Assembly (NCBI GenBank): GCA_030248215.1
Contig: JASANG010002859.1
Location: 310,001 to 374,000, forward strand
Source: Enoplolaimus lenunculus
Taxonomy: Eukaryota
Length of the DNA: 64,000 bases
Reading direction: 5' to 3'
The notes beneath the pieces are model-generated. The model did not search any database. It had not been told where the DNA came from and worked only from the letters and a program-made list of their open reading frames with translations. This document shows positions 1-12,177 of the stretch, piece after piece (the stretch's first letter is position 1; each line of letters starts with the position of its first letter). Position numbers and translations under genes: made by a program.

Positions 1-1508
1 ATTTAGGGGATTCGCCGAACACCCTTTTTTGTAAATTGCTATTACGTCGGCACATTTCCAGTCGTCAGGTAAAACGCCAGTGATAAAAGACTGTTCAAAA
101 ATATGCGCTAAAGGAACACACAGTTCATTTTTAAGTTCGCGAAGGAAAAACTGTGAGAACCCATCAGGTGAATGACTGTTTTTATTTTTTAGTTTTTTCA
201 AAGAATCTAAGACCACGGATGGAGTGAACGAAATCCACGATAAACAATTTAACCCAGAGTACGGTGAACAATAGGGAATCAAACCGTCATCATGAATAAA
301 AACATTGCAAAAACATTAGCAAATACACTGGCTCTTTCTTTATCATCAGTAATAATATAACCTATAGTATTTTTTAAACCTGAAATACCACCTCGAGCGA
401 AGCATCGATTATTAACATACTTAAATAGTTTTTTTGGATCGCCTGCATTAAGTATTTTGTGTTCACGATTTTTGTTGAAACATAGTAACGCTTTAGAACA
501 TTTTGTTTTAAGTTTTCTGTAACTTTCGTAATTGCAGGTCTTTTTAGCAAGTTTCCAAGCTTTATGTTTTTCCGATAATAACTTTGTGAGATATAAAGGA
601 TATTTTTGCTTTTTAGAAACTGTATATTTTTTGGGAACGTACATGTCACAACAAATATTAAGAACACACCGTAAATAATCCCATTTATCTTTTACTGTAA
701 AAAGGCTAATGAAACAAGTATCCCAGGGGATTCTACTAAGATATGCGCGAATGGACAGAAAGTTTGCTTTTGTAAAATCGTATTTGGGAGGCCCACGCTT
801 CTGCACGTCAAGTTTGCCTGTCAACCTGAAATCGATCGATACGTGATCCGAAGAAGCAAAATGGTCACCACATTCGACAACGGGTATATTCAACGGTGAC
901 GTGGTAAAAACTAGATCTAACAAATTGTCACCTCGTGTTGGAAAGTCAACTAATTGTGTTAACCCACATTCTTGGATTCCCTCGAAAAAATTAGAAATCT
1001 CAGTATTGTTCGGACAAAAATTATTTGACCAATCTATCTCAGGATAATTAAAATCACCAAATAATGAGACGGGCCAAGAAACGTCACATACATGCTTCAT
1101 ATTTTTTATAAGTTCGGCAGAGTACAATATACCCGAGCTAGGTGGGCGGTAGATACACACAACACGATGTTTTGATGGTACTAATAGATCAACAGATAAT
1201 AATTCAACGTCACAATTTAACATTGTATACTCGGTAACAACATTTTTAATTTTTTTAGATATAAACAGAGCAATACCACCACCTCTCCTACCAGCGCGAT
1301 CTTTTCTCACAACATTGAAGCTTGCAGTTCCTATCAGCGAGTCGGGTATCTCATTATTAAGCCACGTCTCCGTAATGGCAACAATATCTAACTGTTCAGT
1401 TTCAAGTAGAGCTTCTAAGTCAGGCAATTTATTACTTAAACTACGAGCATTGAAATATTTTCCTTTAATTACATGTTTAACGCTGTTTAGATTCAATTTC
1501 ACTCCCAT
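1..1508 (-). pseudogene. LINE ORF2 (AP endonuclease, start of reverse-transcriptase region), frameshifted near 305
   Basis: YFNARSL, DIVAITETWL, RKDR..GGGIAL, IYRPP, GDFNYPEIDW, PTRG.NLLDLVFT and SDH are APE motifs. Homology continues in another frame below ~300 (VFIHDDG...PDDWKCADVIAIYKKG). Confidence 0.9.
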
Positions 1509-2577
1509 TCTTGGTTTACCTGAACAGTCACATTGTTGTCATTGTTGGAGATAGTATAATCAACCTTGTGGCGGTGACCGCGCACAAGCTTACCATCATT
1601 GTTGCGATCGCATTGTTTGAAGACAACTAGTTCTTCATTTATGACGACGAAATGTTCATTATTGTCGGGTGATTGTTCTGCTAGTTCATTCAGTTCTCTG
1701 GCTTTCGCTCTAAGAGCCGCTGCAATTTTACGTTCGCTCAATGGCATTGAACGCCGAATAAAAATGTTTTTGAATTGCGAATTGTTTTTTAACTTGGGCG
1801 CCTGTTGAAGGATCGATTTGGCGACGCTCGATGACGGTAATTGCACTTTCAGTAATCGTGGATACGTGCGAGAGTTAGTTGCAGCATTTTTTGATGTGCG
1901 GTTCGGTGGATCGAGAAGACCCATTCGAAATACCTGGCATATTGTAGCAGACGGGTCGAGGGATTTGACTAGTTGTGAGGCATCATTGAGGTCGTCGCCG
2001 TTTTCTGGAAGACCGGCGAGTACGATAGCGCGGCGATGGTTGTCGTCGTCGCTTGATGGTGCGGCTTGAACTACACGCCCGGGTGGTCCGGCATTTCGAC
2101 GGGCAGCATCTGCGTAGTTACATGGACCTGCAGCATCGTCAGATGTGGTCGAAATCGTAGTTGCAGCCACCACGGCGTCGTTTGTTGCGGTCGAGATTTT
2201 GTCAACCGCGGTTTCCACAGCTGTGGTGATCGCCGTAGTCACGTCGCGTTGCAGCGAATCTAATCGTTGCTCGAGGCGGTCGATGCGGTCGACGGTAGAC
2301 GATCCCGACAGATTCTCTTTTGCATTCGTTCAGCAATTTTTTCGCAACGAGAGCAGACGATGAGCAGTCGATTGTATGCTGCTATCGCGGGGACTAGCTT
2401 CATGTCTGTGGGCTTAAGGGCACATGAGTAGTGAACCCAAACTCCGCAGAGCCCGCACTCAAAACAGTCGTCGCCACCGTCGTTCTTGCATTCGTGACAC
2501 GCGGCTGAGCGAGTCGGGGCAGATTTTTTAGTCGACGGCGAGGGCTTATTTTGAACAGGTTGTTTTTGAGTTAACAA
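1499..2577 (-). pseudogene. LINE ORF1 (PHD finger, coiled coil, RRM-like region), split by a 1-nt frameshift near 2326
   Basis: 2577-2330 encodes CHEC...CFECGLCGVWVHYSC...CSRC (PHD pattern). The frame of 1499..2242 stays open upstream to ~2329 (NAKENLSGSSTVDRIDRLEQRLDSLQRDV) and contains IVLAGLPE, FRMG, PRLLKV and IFIRRSMPLSER, typical of CR1-type ORF1. Confidence 0.85.
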
Positions 2578-2764
2578 TTCGTTAGAATAACGGGTATATT
2601 CGGTTATCCGCGCCCCCCAGCAGGTTTTTGCCCCTAAACGGTGGGATTTTGAAAATCATTGGATATTTGAGCTTCTCGCGGCCTCCCCTGATCATTCCAT
2701 GTCCAAATTTGAATTTTGACAAATTCGACGTTTTAAGGTCCTGGGACCCAAAAAAAATTTGTGT

Positions 2765-3188
2765 AAAAGTTAGATTAGTTACATAACATTCGACGCAGCA
2801 TGCCGAGCTAAGTCAAATGGTGTTTAAGCCTCCACCATTAGACGTCTGGCTGCGTTGTAGTGCTTCCAACGTTTTGGGGACGGCGCCAAATGAGTTGTTG
2901 AACCATAACTCGTTAACCAGACGTTTGATTGTAAAAAATTAAATACCGCTCGATTCAGCTGTACATACTGCGCCGACTGATTATCAAACGTTTCGACAAA
3001 AAACGTTTTGGGTTCCAGAATAATCATTGGAGGTCGTCCGAAGCCGAAATATCCAAAAATTTTCAAAATCCATCCATCTTTTGAGCAAATGCCGACTGGG
3101 GGTAAAGACCCGATTAAACAGTAGCTCATCGACTTCCAGCCCCAAGTTGCCATACGGGGCTTCGCGTACAAGGTGCGAAAACTAAAAA
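2765..3188. repeat. Probable non-autonomous interspersed element (possibly Helentron/DINE-like) next to the LINE 5' end
   Basis: GC-richer block ending in hairpin-capable GCCCC...GGGGC and TTCGC...GCGAA before an A-run. No second copy in the window, so the class is a guess. Confidence 0.3.
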
Positions 3189-3768
3189 TTAAAAAAAAGT
3201 ATTGCTAATATGCCTCTTTCAAGCATACATTAAGCTGTGGGAACACGGGATTTCCGAGAATCTTTTTAAGACAACTGTTTTGTATTAAACTTTTTTCAAA
3301 TTTGCCGAGCACAAGAACAGACGGCTTAATGATCCAATTATGCCTGTTCCAGCTTCGGCTTTTGGGCTACCGGATCCTGCTCTGATTAATTCTTTGATTA
3401 AAACAAAAAGTTGACAAATGATTGCATTTTACGATACAAACAAATTTAGTTGTTTTATTTCCTAAAAACATAAACAATCGGGGGCTGGGTTTGAAAAAGG
3501 CATTAATATTGATACTAGAATAGTGGTTTAACTAACGCTAAAAGCGTCTACTTAATAACGTTTACAACCCTGACAATTGATTTCACAAGCTCATCATTCT
3601 GAACGCTTTTTTATAATACAAAAATGTGCTCCGAAAGATGAGTTGTATTTTTTGACAGGGATTTTTTAGTAAAAACCATAGGGCAGGGTAGTAAGTTGCA
3701 TGTCTTTCTATGGAGACTTTAAGAACGCGCTCTTTAATTGATCCACAAATACACAAAAATGTGTTTAA

Positions 3769-4030
3769 CCCTTTAACTCATAGAGTATACTATGCGCAAC
3801 TTAATACAAGTAATATATGAGCAACACAGACACTGTGAGCGTTGTTTAACAATTCTAATATATATGCGCAATGCAAAATCTCCACAAGACGTGAGAGCCT
3901 ACTCGGGCTCGAGCGTCAAGCTCCTATAGCGAGTGGTCATCGTAAACGCATCCCACCCGAGAGACTGGGATCGAATCTTACCTTGAAATTGCATCCGATA
4001 CGAAATTGAAAATATTCTTGTGAGAAAGGG
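3769..4030 (+). mobile_element. piggyBac-type MITE (~262 bp) with an internal tRNA-like A/B-box module, copy 1
   Basis: TTAA|CCCT...AGGG|TTAA termini. Homologous copies at 6234-6496 and 60883-61145. Confidence 0.85.
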
Positions 4031-4091
4031 TTAAAAAATGAATGTATTTTTTAATTACCTCTACAGGTTAATTATTGCTAATTGGTTAAAA

Positions 4092-4991
4092 ATGAATCAA
4101 ATAATTTCAATAACCGCTATTGTACTTGCGGTATACCAGCAATCTGCTGCTATGCCGGTAATAAACCGTACCGCAGACGCGATAGTGAAGCATATCGGCT
4201 CCAAACAGTCTGAAAATTCGCCAATTTCCGCCGACGATAACTCGTTGTTGATTTTTCTTATCGATTCAGACGACTTCAATAGAGATCAGGCAGAATTAGT
4301 CAACGAAATCACAACAAATGGTCACAAGAATAAAGATTGGAAATCAAATGAGCGTAGCCAAGGTCTCAAATTTCAAAATACGGTCAGTGATGAAGATTTG
4401 CTGTCTAAAATTCTGCCAAGTGGTCACTATGGCGATGGGAAAGACACTTCGGCGACTCAGAACGCGGAAATTTCATCAAAACAGCAATCCAGTGGATACG
4501 AACCTCGAAAAATGCTCAGCGATGACCAGCTGTTGAATATGTTCGCCAATGCTGAAGAAGGGAATCGAAATTCAGACATCACTCGCGACCAAGACCCGCT
4601 GGATAAATTGATAGAGGAATTTGTTGAAAAATCAAAACACGACGACGACGACAACAACGGTCCGCACAGCAAACGTGACGCTGAAAATATCCGTCATTTC
4701 TTTGCGACAAAAGATACCGACAACCGCATGGTATTTCCATCATTCGGCCAATTTCCACTATCAAAGGAACCGACAAGTGACACGAAGAAACAAATGATCG
4801 ATTTGGAGCAACAACTTATTGCAGCGAAACAAATTGCAGGTGGAACAACAACGACCAAACCCAACAATGAAGAGAAACAAAAACGTGCGTTTCGCGGGAT
4901 TGATTTGCTCGCAAACAAACGTGGCATGAACGAAGTCGCTATGTACTTGGAAACTCATGAAGATAAGTCGAAATCTGGCTATGACATATAG
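4092..4991 (+). CDS. Secreted neuropeptide/prohormone-precursor-like protein (299 aa, single coding exon)
   Basis: Acceptor ...CTCTACAG ends at 4066, so ATG 4092 is the likely start rather than 4038. Signal peptide MNQIISITAIVLAVYQQSAA, acidic low-complexity pro-region, no Cys, three KR sites near the C-terminus (HSKR, KQKR, ANKR). Confidence 0.72.
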   Translation: MNQIISITAIVLAVYQQSAAMPVINRTADAIVKHIGSKQSENSPISADDNSLLIFLIDSDDFNRDQAELVNEITTNGHKNKDWKSNERSQGLKFQNTVSDEDLLSKILPSGHYGDGKDTSATQNAEISSKQQSSGYEPRKMLSDDQLLNMFANAEEGNRNSDITRDQDPLDKLIEEFVEKSKHDDDDNNGPHSKRDAENIRHFFATKDTDNRMVFPSFGQFPLSKEPTSDTKKQMIDLEQQLIAAKQIAGGTTTTKPNNEEKQKRAFRGIDLLANKRGMNEVAMYLETHEDKSKSGYDI

Positions 4992-6233
4992 TGCTGACTT
5001 TTTAGATCTCGAGCCGCATTTTCAACTCTGTGTTACACCTATCATCAGTTAGTAATAAGTTTTCAAACCGGCATCGCAAAATTAGCACAGACATAGAGCA
5101 AGTTGAACGCAAACTGTGTACTGAACTTCCAACCTCATCATTCACCGGTTCAAACAGTTACAAACCAAGCGCCAACTGGTGATAGGTGCTATACACATTT
5201 GAGAATATGGTCAGTTTTTTCAGCTGCGATATTGCACAAAAGCAACTGTTCTTCAACAGTTTTGTTTTCATTTTTATGTCACGATTGTATGTTTGTGAGC
5301 ACACGTAACGCGGTTTAGAACTTTTGTTCAATGTTAATACATTTAGGCCAAAGTCTAACCTTCAGGACCTCAACCGGGAGTTGCTTTCTAAATTTGGGAT
5401 ACTGGGTTGAAATTACTAAATATTTTTGCCGAGCCTTTTGAGAGACATTGCCTGAGTTTCTAAAATCTTACTTAAGTATTCACTAAGTTATACTTGAGTA
5501 TTTACTTATTAAGTTACGGGCTTAAGTAAATACTTAACTTTTTGAGCAAATACAAATAATAAACGCCGGATGTGATAAACGATCATAGCAAAAAAGTTAT
5601 AGTTTTGCTTTATATTAAGGAGTTATCACGAGTTAACAATTTTAATTAGGCCAAGGCTAATATGACCGAACTGTTACTCTGTAATATCTCAAATTTAGTC
5701 AGTGACTTAAGTATTTACTTAACTTAAGTACGTTTTTAAAAACGACAAAATGACTAAGTAATTGCTTAGCACAAGTACTAAATCATACTTAAGTAGGGTT
5801 TCAGAACCAAGCCATTGACGGTTTGGAAATTAATATTTCATAATGAAAAATTTATTCAGATTACAAAAAATGATGTTCAGAATTTTAGCAGTTGAAACAA
5901 ATAAAACTGTTCTCAATGCTCATTGCTGTGGTAAGTACTGTGTACATATGATTTTAGTTTTTAACTAATAAAATAACCGCTTGATACGCAGTGATGCTTA
6001 AAATTGTGATGCGAATAATCGCAAATGGTGCCAACAGAGATGGATGTGGACGGCTTGCGGCCACCCTACCACGTCCTTGCCTTGTCCCACGAGGGATTTT
6101 TTCTGTCCGCTCGTGTGGAGCAATGGCGACCCTCGAAACAACCATGCGCCACCTGCCTGGCAAAATAGCAGTTATATAATTAACATGTGATAGCATTTGA
6201 CCAATTTTTATATTAGGTTTTCAATATCTTTAA

Positions 6234-6496
6234 CCCCTTCTCACATTGAGTTTCCTATAGGCAACTCAGCGCAGTGTATATGCGTTAAATAATATATATC
6301 GCACCGTGTTTAACAATTACAACACGTATGTATAGTAATAAATCACCACAAGACGTGAGAGCCCCCTCGGGCTCGAGCGTCAAGCTCCTATAGCTGAGTG
6401 CTGATGGTATACGCCTCCCACTCCAGTCACTGGAGTTCGAATCCTAGCATAAAAGTAGGTCTCAGGGAAAATAGAAAATATTCATGTGAGAAAGGG
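6234..6496 (+). mobile_element. piggyBac-type MITE with tRNA-like module, copy 2
   Basis: TTAA|CCCC...AGGG|TTAA; internal TAGCTGAGTG and GAGTTCGAATCC boxes. Confidence 0.85.
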
Positions 6497-7954
6497 TTAA
6501 GTAATTAATTTATCTTCTGGTTTTTATTCAGTGCTCTTCTTAAACTGAATATAACGAACGGTGGACAGAAAAATTCGATGACCGATTAAACTTACATATT
6601 TTCAGTCTGTCAAAAACTCTTTTTAGTTTATTTTTTAACTAAAAATTTCAAAACCAAAAGAATGTTATTTTTTTAATTTTGTCAAATTTTTCTCATGTGG
6701 GACGGCCACGACGTTGTGCCCCGAAAACCGTTTTAGTCATAAAATTAATATAATTTTGTACTGGAATATATATATGTATATGTATTTTGGCATTTCTAAA
6801 ATACAAACCTGAGAGATGACTTGAAATATATATAAACAATTTTTTTAAATTGTCACTGAAATCAGTTTGTTTTTAATTTGTGTATAAATTGGTGTTACCT
6901 ATTAATAGGTTAAGGAACACAGAACAGTATTTCGTTGCTGAACCATATAAAAACAAAACCTATGATAGTAAAAGTAAATGGTCGTTGACAATTTTTTGAC
7001 GGAGAGTCTATGGTTCCAATTTAAATTTTAATCAGTTGTAGTCTAATATCTCTAATTAAGAGTCCGAATACGGATAGAGTCCAAAATTCTAAATTTAAGT
7101 CCATAAATGTCACGTTTCCTATATTCAATAGTTAAATTATTTTTAAATGATTCTCTGGTCCAAGTAAAATTTACCACGTAGTTCAAGCGTTCGACTTCAT
7201 CCCTGGCCTAAACCATCAGCAGTTTACATGTAATTGAAAAAATTTAGTCAATGTATGCATGGAGCAACTAGAACTGTAAATTACCGGATCCGGAACGGGA
7301 AAGATAAAAAATACCGCAACCGGAAAACAAGAATACTTGTTACCCAAAAATTCATTTTTAAAGCTATTTTATCGCTTTTAATGAAAAAATAGTTTCTTAG
7401 CTATTTTAAAGAATGACAAGTATTCTAGTTTAATACTGAATATAGTGAGAATATTTGCCCAAAACTTCTGATAATTAACTCAGTCTGAAAATAATACAAA
7501 AGCGAGTGGAATGAAGTAAATGAAACCAGCTTGGCAATTCAAAACGGGGGTACATAAAAATTGAAATTCTTATGTGTAAACAACACACCATTTAAAGAAT
7601 GCTAAACTGCTAAAACAAATGCAGTATCTAGGAAACGTATGATAAATTATGGAGTACGACATAAATTGAAAGGTTTGGCAATATACGCTCAGACAATTTT
7701 AGAAAAATAAAGTTGGATATGTGCGAATTTCCGTTAAATTTTCGAAGGATAAAAATGTTCAATACTGAAAAAACCGGAAAATTTCAGTGAAAAAATATCG
7801 TATTACCGGAATCGGGTAGTGAAAATACCGAATTTCGTTACCGGAATCGGAATTCCGGATACATCCTGACTGTATGGTATTGCAATAACGATATGAACCT
7901 GCATAAAAATCTGAAGCATATAAAATATGTCTAAAATTCTCTGACGCGTAAATG

Positions 7955-8401
7955 CTGTAGTAGTGACTCGAATTAGAGATGGGTAATAAGAGGGGGTTAC
8001 CATTTTGGGTCAGAATCAATAGGAGTCCGTATCCCTAGTAAGAGTCCGAGAGCGGATAGAGTCCCTAAACCCTAATTAGAGTCCATAAACGTCAATTATA
8101 CCTAATTGTACCACGTAAATGACTTCAGTACCAAATAATTTGAGTTCGGAACTTTAAAGCGTACTATTAAGTTTTGAAAGTACATTCCTAAAAGTATAAC
8201 CTTGCATAATCGCTCAAGCTATTGCCAAGACAAATAAACGTTTAATTCAACAGATAATTGCAGCACCGGATATATATTAGTAACGAACGGTTGCGGAGCG
8301 TGGGCTAAAAATAAATAACAGTCCGTAACCGAATAATAGGGGGTACCGTATCGAGATGCCAAATAAATATCAGTCCCTCGTCTTATTCGGGTCACTACAG
8401 T
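7955..8401. mobile_element. TA-flanked MITE family with TIR CTGTAGTGACCCGAATAAGAG (Tc1/mariner/pogo-like)
   Basis: Same TIR and body recur at ~9901-10353, 11100-11811, 18341-18525, 49390-49688, 55290-55514, 58370-58662, 60054-60509 and 61625-62027. Intact copies are flanked by TA. Confidence 0.8.
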
Positions 8402-9146
8402 ATTCTTAAAAACGGAACATAAGCCCGCTAGCCCCCCAGCAGTTGTACCCCTGAAAATTCTGCATACCCTGTATACAAGCATCCACAATATATCTACGTT
8501 TTAAATCAAAACTTTACATTAACCTCTTTAAGCATCTTCGACATTTAAAGGGTATCCTGGGTGAGAAAAATTTAAAATGCAATGCATTAATGGCTAAAAT
8601 TAGCTGGCAACCCCTTGTATACACATTTTAAAATATACGCCTTTACCCAAAAATGTTTATTTTGAACTCTTCAAAGTTGTCGGTTTGTTTTCGCTTCCGG
8701 TTGCATCTTGGCATCAGCAAATATTGATCACTTACGCGACATTAAGGCAAGCTTTACTCAGGGTCGTACGCCAAATTTCATTTTAGGAGGTTCAGTCAAC
8801 CTCGTTAAATGTGTTTCGACTCTGGGTATCCTGAGATTGAACAACTGATTCGGTTTCCTGTAAGAGTACCTTAAACTTCTCTCTGAAGGTCTGATACCGG
8901 CAGTTTGGCCCGTCCTGTGCTATGAACTTACGGTTACGGCACTTTCGTTTTGAATGTTGTCGTTTTGAAATATTTGTTGCGAGAGAAATTATTAAGCTTG
9001 CCGGTCGATACGACTATGCTTGGTCGTATGTCTGTGTATTAAAGTTTCTGAGCTTTAGCAAATTTTTATGTTTGTTAAAGTTGCATATTTGCAGTGTAGT
9101 AAACAATTTCAGTTTTGTCATTCTGACAAATTTGTTACAAGTTTGA

Positions 9147-9349
9147 GCCAATGTTTGAAGAGCAGGGGCAGAACAGTATTTTATAAGCATATTCCTAAGC
9201 CTAAGCCTAAGTTTAAACCTAAGCCTAAGCGTAAGATTGAGCGTATTCGTAAACCTAAGCCTATAAGCCTAAGCCAAGCAAAAAAAATTAGAAGCTTACT
9301 CTTTTCCAGTCCGTCAGAAAACCGTTCCGCCCCTGATCTTTACATGGGC
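9147..9349. mobile_element. GGCC(C/A)ATGT-terminated MITE with internal TTAGGC telomeric repeats, 8-bp TSD
   Basis: TSD CAAGTTTG on both sides; internal (GCCTAA)n. Related copies at 32138-32278, 47339-47517, 50941-51125 and 59257-59468. Confidence 0.85.
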
Positions 9350-10364
9350 ACAAGTTTGCACGTTTTGCGGTCATTTAGACTGTTAACACAAGTTGTTATA
9401 AATTTTCAACTTTGCTTTTGAGACTCGTAAAGGTTGGGATAAGGTTTGTGACTATTGAGTTGTGCATGATACAAGAGTGTGCAACTCTTTGAGTCTGCAT
9501 GGTACAAAATGTACCATCGGGTGTTGCGTTTTAGCCTCCCTTGTTTAGAGGGGAGTCATTGTCACATGCAATAACCCTAAATTAAACTTTAAACGAATTA
9601 TTTTTGTTGTCGGATACATAAAGTGTCATGGTTCGCACAGGTTGTACCCCCCTCTCAATATAGTGGGGTACCCCGAAAAGACAACGCGTGCCTGGCAGAT
9701 TCTTTTCTACAGAGAATGTACCCAGTCGCATACTCTTGTTGAAGTAAATATGCATCATCCACCCTTGCTTACACCACGTTACAGAATATTCGGTTGAAAA
9801 TATTAATAAGTCAGTGTTATATGTCTATATTTTTTCCATTAAATGCCAAATATTTTTTGACAGTTGTCATTGAAGTGGCTAAACGACACACTGTAGGTCA
9901 TACTGTAGTGATCCGAATGTTAAGATCGGAGTGACTGATATTTATTTCGCCCGTCCAGACGGTAAAACATTCTCGCTATTCGGATCAGGAGTGTTACTTA
10001 CTTTTCAACTCTGGTCCAGTTATTTGGATCGAACACCGTTAAGTTTTATACCAGCCATTTATTGCTACGGTTTAAGTTCGGAATATACTTTTGGACTTGA
10101 GTGTGCTGCTACGGATATTGATAATATTATACGTTGAGTAATGAATCAAATTCCGTACTTAGATTGGGCCCAATGAAACATCCACTCGCAGTTTTTGCAG
10201 TAACTATGTTTATGGATGAATTAAATTATTAATTTTAGACTTTATCGATTGACGGACTCGAATTAAGGAAATAGACTCCTATTGATTCAGACCCAAACCA
10301 GAGACTACGCACGGACTTTTAGTAAATCCGCTCTTATTCGGTTCACTACAGTAGCTTAAGTATA

Positions 10365-10576
10365 CACTGCAAAAAATGGTGAGTCAAATTGACTCTCTCC
10401 GAAATAGGCTCTACGGGACTACACAAACTGAGTCAAAATTCGACTCTGCCTGAGAGTCAACTTCGACTCACTGAGTCACACATTTGACTCTGGCGGAGTG
10501 GAAGTTGACTCAGTTTGTGTAGTTCCGTAGAGCCTATTTCGGAGAGAGCCAATTTGACTCACCATCTTTTGAAGTG
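10365..10576. mobile_element. Palindromic CACTG-terminated MITE family A (CMC-like: Mirage/Chapaev/EnSpm)
   Basis: CACTGCAAAAAATGG...GTG termini, near-complete inverted symmetry, usually TA flanks. Other copies: 21049-21250, 23515-23723, 31320-31526, 48060-48185, 54826-55013, 55713-55832, 57806-58279. Confidence 0.85.
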
Positions 10577-12177
10577 TACTCTTTGCAACAAACACTTTTT
10601 GCTGCTGGTCAATTTAAACAAAAGTGCTCAATTTTAGATTGAGCAGTTGAGATACATGGCCTTTTTGAAAACCTATTTCCTTGACATATATACACCACAG
10701 GGTACCTACAACACGAGGCGTGCCTTCGGCTCTGTCAAAAAAATTGACCTTTACGGAGAGGTTTCGGAAAATTTTGATAGTGAATTTTGTGTATAATTAT
10801 GCAAAATTGATTTGTTTTGTGCGTTTCGTTTTAACATTTGGTACATTTTTGAGTAAAAATATAGTCAAGATTTCGTAAAGAATAAGCGGAAACCGAAAAC
10901 ATTTAACGACACCTTACAGATATTTGCTAAAATTAGCGAACTAAACACATTATTTTAACAACCGAATTTCGGCTGAACTCCAGTTTCATCTCCGGCTCCT
11001 TCAACTTTTGTTGACCTCCCGCTCAAGCTCCGGTATTTTTCACCTCCGCTTGCACCCTTATAAACCAGCAAACCCACGTTTCACAACACGAATTCTACTC
11101 TACGTATGATGCTTAGGGTGAACTGATATTTATTTGGCATCTTCTGACGGTATCCTCTGTTATTGTGTTACGGACTGTTATTTATTTTCAACCTGCTCTC
11201 CGCCACCCTTCATTAGTTGGATATAACACTCAACCTTTTTGTCATTCTCTCTTTCGGGCAGGACTGACCTTCGGTAGGATTTGTTGGTTGCCATCTCCGT
11301 TCATTGTTTTCTGGAACATTAAATAAAATTTAGGCGAGTTATTTCAACCTGTGTGTTATATTTTTGATTTAATGGTGGTCTTTGTTAACTAATATAATGG
11401 CTTAAAACACTGGGAGACAGGGGAACGCATAACGGTATAACAGTTGATTATTCTGTAACCAATACACTGGACAAACATATAATGTAGGTATGTACTTGAA
11501 ACACGGCTTGGCTATTAGAGGGTTAATAATTGGCTAGTCGCATTAATACTGATATATCCGGTATTGCAACCATCAGCGGAATTAAACGTTTGTCTTGTGT
11601 CAAAAGCTTGAGCGATAATGCAAGGTTATACTTAGGAATGCACTTTCAAACCTTAAAGTATGCTTTAAAGTTTCGAACTCTAGTTTATTTGGTTGGGTTT
11701 AGGAACTGTATCCGCTAACGGACTTTCATTAGAAATACGGTCTCCTATTGATTGGGACTCCTAATAGCCATCCAATTCTTATTACGCCCCCTCTTATTCG
11801 GGTCAGTACAGTAAGCGTGGTACCTGTTTAGCGTTAATGTTATTTCATCAATGTCATTTACTATAAAACAAAACAATTCCTCAAACTCACAGGCTTTAAA
11901 ATACTTCGCAAAAGTGGTTTGAGCTGGATTCCCAGGCTTAGATTCACGCTCTTGATTATAATTTCCGGATTTTGTTAGGAAGTTGTTGTGCAACCAAGTG
12001 TACATGCTTATATAGCACTTCTAAAATGACCTACATATATAATACAAACAATGATAACTATTGAATTTAAATAATTATTATCATTTTAGTCAAAGTTTAC
12101 TGAAAATATCAAATGTAACTGCATTTTAAATTGAGAATTTTCTAATTATATTTGATCTCATTCTGTAAAATTCGAAT

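Larger units (their letters stand above)
1..2577 (-). mobile_element. CR1/L2-clade non-LTR retrotransposon (LINE), 5' half; continues off the left edge of the window; frameshifted in both ORFs
   Basis: PHD-finger ORF1 followed by an ORF2 with AP-endonuclease motifs and pre-RT linker motifs (SPDGF, PLAHIFEQSFITGVLPDDWKCADVIAIYKKG in the alternative frame at 1-300). Confidence 0.93.

Noticed and set aside
4038..4091. Longer N-terminus of the 317-aa ORF
   Set aside because: This stretch contains a polypyrimidine tract and AG acceptor at 4066 next to a MITE end; the signal peptide starts at ATG 4092.
9190..9275. TTAGGC runs as a true telomere or chromosome-fusion scar
   Set aside because: The runs I examined are short and enclosed by MITE TIRs with TSDs.
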